This document shows, in pieces, positions 60,153 to 64,000 of a stretch of DNA of 64,000 nt. The DNA lies in IMG/VR virus record IMGVR_UViG_3300001528_000580, positions 1 through 64,000 of that record; one strand, 5' to 3'. Every line of letters begins with the position of its first letter. Position 1 is the stretch's first letter. Source of the DNA: a virus (lineage: Duplodnaviria > Caudoviricetes). A program made the position numbers and the translations under genes. The notes under the pieces were generated by a model. It saw nothing but the letters and a program-made list of their open reading frames with translations. It was not told the origin of the DNA and did no database searches.

Positions 60153-60515
60153 ATGAAAAATTCGATGGTTAAAATCAATGGTATTTCGGTTCGCAACAAT
60201 AACGCTATTCGCCGTAATCATGGAGTGAGGATTGATAGAACTATTGAAATGCCCGGAGTAGTACGGGTTATTTGTGGTACTTGTGAAGAAGGTGATTTGC
60301 CGATGTTGGCAGCTTGTGCCAGAGAAGAAAATAAACGTGCTGGAATGAATATGGCGGTAGGTTTCTTTAGAAGTAATCGTCCCTTGTCGGATGAAGAAGC
60401 AGCTCTTTGGGCAATGCAACATGGACATGCAGGGTTGATTCAGAAACGTTTTCTTGGCAATCGTGAAAACGTGCGGACAATTGAAAATCGGAATATGTGT
60501 TTTATTGAAGAATAA
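60153..60515 (+). CDS. hypothetical early-like protein
   Basis: promoter, AGGGA RBS and terminator. Confidence 0.7.
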   Translation: MKNSMVKINGISVRNNNAIRRNHGVRIDRTIEMPGVVRVICGTCEEGDLPMLAACAREENKRAGMNMAVGFFRSNRPLSDEEAALWAMQHGHAGLIQKRFLGNRENVRTIENRNMCFIEE

Positions 60516-60526
60516 ACAATATGATA

Positions 60527-60560
60527 AATAGAGTAGCATAAAAACCTACTCTATTTTTTT
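60527..60560 (+). terminator. intrinsic terminator
   Basis: AATAGAGTAG/CTACTCTATT plus T-run. Confidence 0.75.
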
Positions 60561-60590
60561 ATATTTTTCTTTAGTCTTAATCTTATTATA

Positions 60591-60602
60591 ATTATCGATA
60601 AT
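60591..60602. promoter_or_regulatory. ATTATCGATAAT palindrome
   Basis: third copy. Confidence 0.7.
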
Positions 60603-60688
60603 AATATAATCTTATTTTTATTTATTTGATACATATTATATTTGAAAAATTGTATTGATAAAAAGTCGAATAATTTTTTAAAATTAGC

Positions 60689-60716
60689 TTGCAAAATTAG
60701 AAAATAGTGGTATAGT
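60689..60716 (+). promoter_or_regulatory. promoter TTGCAA-N16-TATAGT
   Basis: consensus match. Confidence 0.7.
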
Positions 60717-60758
60717 ATATATTAAAGGAAAGAGAACTCAAAACAAGGAGGATATAAA

Positions 60759-61184
60759 ATGTTAAACAGGTTTTTGAGGGGATTAAATTGGGCGATGATT
60801 CCGTGCGGTATTGTCGGAATTATTTCAATTGGATTTTTGCTTCTTCTTGGAATTGGCTTCCTTGTGGTTGTGCATGGATTATTGTTCTCTTCAATGTTGG
60901 AAGGAAACACCAATATTTATTGTTTAATGATTGTTTTGGTATTTGATCCGACTATTTTACTTTTTTTATGGGGATGCTTTGGTAAAAAAGCATTATGGGT
61001 GTTTCCAATTATTTTACTTGTAATTGGTATTCTTAACATTAAAATTTTAATTGGAGCTTTAGGAGCTTTGGCATTTTTATACATTATAATTGCAGGAATT
61101 GCCGGAGCGGTTAATAATGGCAACAAACGTAATATTTTGGACAATACCAATATGGTTGATGCGCCTCGTCATAAAAGACGTTAA
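60759..61184 (+). CDS. multi-pass membrane protein
   Basis: AAGGAGG RBS, about 4 hydrophobic segments. Confidence 0.75.
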   Translation: MLNRFLRGLNWAMIPCGIVGIISIGFLLLLGIGFLVVVHGLLFSSMLEGNTNIYCLMIVLVFDPTILLFLWGCFGKKALWVFPIILLVIGILNIKILIGALGALAFLYIIIAGIAGAVNNGNKRNILDNTNMVDAPRHKRR

Positions 61185-61195
61185 TTATAAAACAT

Positions 61196-61226
61196 TGAGT
61201 TGGTAAAATTTACCAACTCTTTTTTT
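61196..61226 (+). terminator. intrinsic terminator
   Basis: GAGTTGGTAAA/TTTACCAACTC plus T-run. Confidence 0.8.
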
Positions 61227-61256
61227 GCTTGAAAGTTATATTAATATTTAAATATA

Positions 61257-61268
61257 ATTATCGATAAT
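61257..61268. promoter_or_regulatory. ATTATCGATAAT palindrome
   Basis: fourth copy. Confidence 0.7.
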
Positions 61269-61344
61269 AATATACATGTTGTAGTTGTATATATGGATAT
61301 ATTTAAATGAATAAAAAAATAATCTGATTTTTTTGAATCTTGAC

Positions 61345-61372
61345 TTGTATTTTTCTAAATGTGGTGTATAGT
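61345..61372 (+). promoter_or_regulatory. promoter TTGTAT-N16-TATAGT
   Basis: consensus match. Confidence 0.7.
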
Positions 61373-61426
61373 AAACAATGTAACAGGGAAAGCAACAACT
61401 ACAATAAAGAATGAAAGGTTAAGAGA

Positions 61427-61981
61427 ATGGATAACAAGAAGTTTGAAATGCTTATCAATTTGATTGATGAACTTGATGACTTTGAAATTACCAGTATTGA
61501 AAATTTGCAGAAGGCACGTGAAAGAGAAAAACTCTATGATGATATGCGCCGGAAAATGGTTAACAAACTTTTTGATTTTGAGTATAAAGAATGTGAATGC
61601 AAAGTTCATTTTAGCGTTAGTAAATCCTATCAAATGATTCATGCTGTGTTGAAACTGTTGAAAAACAATAATGAACAAATTACTTTAACAGAATTGTCCA
61701 AAATTTGTAAATGCAGTCTTTCGGATATTTACAACTTCTTTAATTTCAGTAAATATAATTGCAGTAATTTTGAAAATCATATTATTGCACCACCTTTTGC
61801 TAAACATAAAAAAGAAGAAAAATGTAGGAATATGGAACATGTTTTGAATATAGCTAAACAGTATAAAGGAGGAATTACACTTTCAGCGTTAACAGAAAAA
61901 AGCGGTTTGAGCTATGCAACTGTATCAAAATTTGCAAGGGAAAATAAGGAGATTGCAGAACACATTAAATACTTGAATTAA
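61427..61981 (+). CDS. protein with two HTH motifs
   Basis: ITLTELSKICKCSLSDIYNFF and ITLSALTEKSGLSYATVSKF. Confidence 0.65.
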   Translation: MDNKKFEMLINLIDELDDFEITSIENLQKAREREKLYDDMRRKMVNKLFDFEYKECECKVHFSVSKSYQMIHAVLKLLKNNNEQITLTELSKICKCSLSDIYNFFNFSKYNCSNFENHIIAPPFAKHKKEEKCRNMEHVLNIAKQYKGGITLSALTEKSGLSYATVSKFARENKEIAEHIKYLN

Positions 61982-62046
61982 ATCTTGATTCATTTAAACA
62001 ACACAAAAAAAACAACTACACAAAACGATAGAAGGGACTTAGAAAA

Positions 62047-62673
62047 ATGGGTGTTGTGAATAGTTTTGCTTCCAAGTTCAAGACGATTAACAAGCACAAT
62101 GTGGAAAACATCGTTAAAATTGCGGAGTTGTATAAAAACTCCGGTGCAACCGTGAAAGAATGGCATGAAGAATTTCCCTGTTACAATACAAGGTGGTGGA
62201 ATATCATTCGCCTTGTTTCCCAAAACAAGGTTGACGCAAGGTTGGCTTTGTACCGTGCGCCGAGTGTTCAGTTCATTATGAAAATGCCGTTGAAAAAGCA
62301 AAAAGCGATTCTTGACAATCCTTTCATTGAAGTTTACAATCCTCAAACTGGAGATTTTGAAAAAGCAAGTATCTTCCGGCTGAACCGTGTTCTTTGCAAG
62401 GTTGCATTGAATATTGAATATGATTTTGATGAAGATGATTCTGATGAACGTGTAAATGTTTACTATGATGAAGCGGAACAGAAAAGCCGTTATAATAGCT
62501 TGAAAGAATCCGAAAAAGAAATTTTTCTTTCTGAACTTCATGAATATAACATTTCGCAAGGTTATGATAACGAAGGCAATTTGCAGTTTGAAAAAGAAGG
62601 CGTTATTATCACGGTTCCTGAAGTGAAGGCAATGAATAATTATATTCATCATTATAACAGGTTTGGCGAATAA
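62047..62673 (+). CDS. hypothetical protein
   Basis: AGGGA RBS, 208 aa. Confidence 0.7.
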   Translation: MGVVNSFASKFKTINKHNVENIVKIAELYKNSGATVKEWHEEFPCYNTRWWNIIRLVSQNKVDARLALYRAPSVQFIMKMPLKKQKAILDNPFIEVYNPQTGDFEKASIFRLNRVLCKVALNIEYDFDEDDSDERVNVYYDEAEQKSRYNSLKESEKEIFLSELHEYNISQGYDNEGNLQFEKEGVIITVPEVKAMNNYIHHYNRFGE

Positions 62674-62681
62674 TCAAATAT

Positions 62682-62711
62682 AGGCAAGGGAAAATTCCCC
62701 CTTGCCTTTTT
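62682..62711 (+). terminator. intrinsic terminator
   Basis: AGGCAAGGG/CCCTTGCCT plus T-run. Confidence 0.8.
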
Positions 62712-62736
62712 ATTTTTATATTATGCTGTTATAATT

Positions 62737-62762
62737 ATATATTATTATCGATAATAATATAT
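62737..62762. promoter_or_regulatory. 26-bp palindrome with ATCGAT centre
   Basis: ATATATTATTATCGATAATAATATAT. Confidence 0.8.
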
Positions 62763-62829
62763 GATAATATTAGCGTTATTATCACTTTTTAGTATGACAA
62801 ATTTTTTTGTTATTTTTTCTATTTTATAC

Positions 62830-62857
62830 TTGTAAAATCATTATTTTGGTGTATAAT
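62830..62857 (+). promoter_or_regulatory. promoter TTGTAA-N16-TATAAT
   Basis: consensus match. Confidence 0.75.
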
Positions 62858-62883
62858 ACTATATAGAAAAGGGAGTTCTAAGA

Positions 62884-63234
62884 ATGATGAAGAAGATTAC
62901 AAAAAAGGCTGTAAATGACTTCGTTAAAAACGAATTGAGAACTAATGATAAATGGGCTGTTCGAGCTTTGATTCGTATTTATGAATTTCAAACTTCTGAT
63001 GAAAAGAATACCAATACGACCAATGAATCTAATAATGTTGGTTTTACTGGCTTTGATGCAGAATTGCTTTCCAGTTTTGCGAAACAGTATATTGCTTGTA
63101 AGCATTTGAGCATTCGGCAAATGGATATTGTTAAAGAACGGATTCCCAAATACTGGCGGCAAATTATTAATATTGCTGGTGGTCATGATAAATTCCATAG
63201 ATTTATGGTTGGTGGTGATTTGTTTAACAAATAA
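62884..63234 (+). CDS. conserved phage hypothetical protein
   Basis: RALIRIYEFQTSDE...NNVGF..DA..LSSFA. Confidence 0.7.
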   Translation: MMKKITKKAVNDFVKNELRTNDKWAVRALIRIYEFQTSDEKNTNTTNESNNVGFTGFDAELLSSFAKQYIACKHLSIRQMDIVKERIPKYWRQIINIAGGHDKFHRFMVGGDLFNK

Positions 63235-63249
63235 GAATGGTGATAAAAT

Positions 63250-63741
63250 ATGTTTGAACTTGTTGAAACTATTGATTATCGTGGTTGTATTATTACTATT
63301 GAACGTGATAATATTGAAAATTATGGTTATTCGGAACGTACTAAGAAAAATAATCCGTATGTATATAGTTATTCCTATAAGACAGATAACTATAATGCTT
63401 CTGATGGGCGTGTTTTTGTAAAGAAAGAAACTGCAATTGTCAATGCCAAATATGATATTGATAATTACCTTGAAAAAGAAGAAGAACCTACTTCTGGAAA
63501 GTATTATTTTGATATTGAGCATAAAAGCACTGGTGGTTTTATGTCGGTTGATTATTGTGAAGGAATTATTAAAATTGGAACTGATGAAGTTTTGAAAGTT
63601 CCTATGAAATATCATAGTGCTTGTAAAAATGTTTGTGAATTTATTGTGGATAAGTTAAATAAACTTAAATATATTGAAAACATATGTCAAAATAACGTTG
63701 AAGTATTATCAGATGATATTTTGAAAGTTTTGAAACAATAA
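63250..63741 (+). CDS. hypothetical protein
   Basis: operon ORF. Confidence 0.6.
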   Translation: MFELVETIDYRGCIITIERDNIENYGYSERTKKNNPYVYSYSYKTDNYNASDGRVFVKKETAIVNAKYDIDNYLEKEEEPTSGKYYFDIEHKSTGGFMSVDYCEGIIKIGTDEVLKVPMKYHSACKNVCEFIVDKLNKLKYIENICQNNVEVLSDDILKVLKQ

Positions 63742-63753
63742 AGGATATGAAAT

Positions 63754-63924
63754 ATGGATTGTCCGAAGTGCGGTAAAAAGTTGGGTGTTGCTCCTATGTC
63801 AATGTGCCTTAACAAACAGGATAACGAAAAAAAGCTGTTTTGCTGGGGTTGCATGAAATTGCATTACAAAAGTGATTTGCAATCAAAGAAATTACACGAA
63901 CAGGGATATTTCAAAAAACATTAA
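63754..63924 (+). CDS. small Zn-finger protein (56 aa, not in the ORF track)
   Basis: AAGGA RBS; MDCPKCG...FCWGC. Confidence 0.65.
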   Translation: MDCPKCGKKLGVAPMSMCLNKQDNEKKLFCWGCMKLHYKSDLQSKKLHEQGYFKKH

Positions 63925-64000
63925 ATAGCACAAAATTACTATAAATAGTGTCAAGTGTTACTATAGTATTAAAAACACTTTTTGAATAGCACAAAATTAC

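Noticed and set aside
675-63615. Many antisense or alternate-frame ORFs (e.g. 23449-23994, 27596-28054, 60075-60539, 61990-62652, 62878-63615)
   Set aside because: They overlap better-supported genes, lack an RBS or motifs, and have the composition expected of shadow frames.
1-64000. Genome-wide stop codon reassignment
   Set aside because: Coding density is high under the standard code and long genes have no in-frame TAG or TGA. Only isolated cases were seen.
1-64000. tRNA or other structured ncRNA genes
   Set aside because: No cloverleaf or T-loop signature was seen in the intergenic gaps by eye. A tRNAscan-SE/Infernal run would be needed to exclude them.

Overview
Very AT-rich (roughly 20-25% GC by eye), gene-dense segment of a large (probably jumbo) tailed bacteriophage genome. 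Most genes are on the + strand. I found no tRNA, rRNA or supportable CRISPR array. Layout: (1) 1-4.1 kb, Cys/Ser-rich virion-like genes. (2) 4-58 kb, accessory genes (Nudix, DEDD exonuclease, DUF1643, ASCH, three radical SAM enzymes, ClpP-like protease, CCA-adding enzyme, nucleotidyltransferase, phosphatase, ATP-grasp, IF-3, SLOG, GNAT) behind TTG-N16-TATATT promoters. This block is interrupted by two islands (10.9-17.8 and 34.4-39.3 kb) holding ten modular discoidin/LamG/PA14 adhesin-like genes. (3) An apparently intact IS200/IS605 element (tnpA+tnpB) at 50343-52071. (4) A non-coding region at 58.6-59.2 kb with helically phased ATGCAT repeats. (5) An early-like module (59.2-64 kb) whose intergenic regions carry an ATTATCGATAAT palindrome. 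The best candidate for an undescribed system is the adhesin family. Its short N-terminal anchors and C-terminal lectin domains occur in mix-and-match combinations, and five members sit directly behind a covarying inverted repeat (14-bp perfect stems in four, 11-bp in one) with a conserved asymmetric TGAA/TTCA core found in both orientations. Other leads are scattered capsid-like fragments, a shared KLxKxxKxxxA(E/D) motif, and infC with a non-AUG start. The supplied ORF track labels the lysozyme at 9894-10817 as +, but it is on the minus strand. All family assignments are motif recognition by eye, not database searches.
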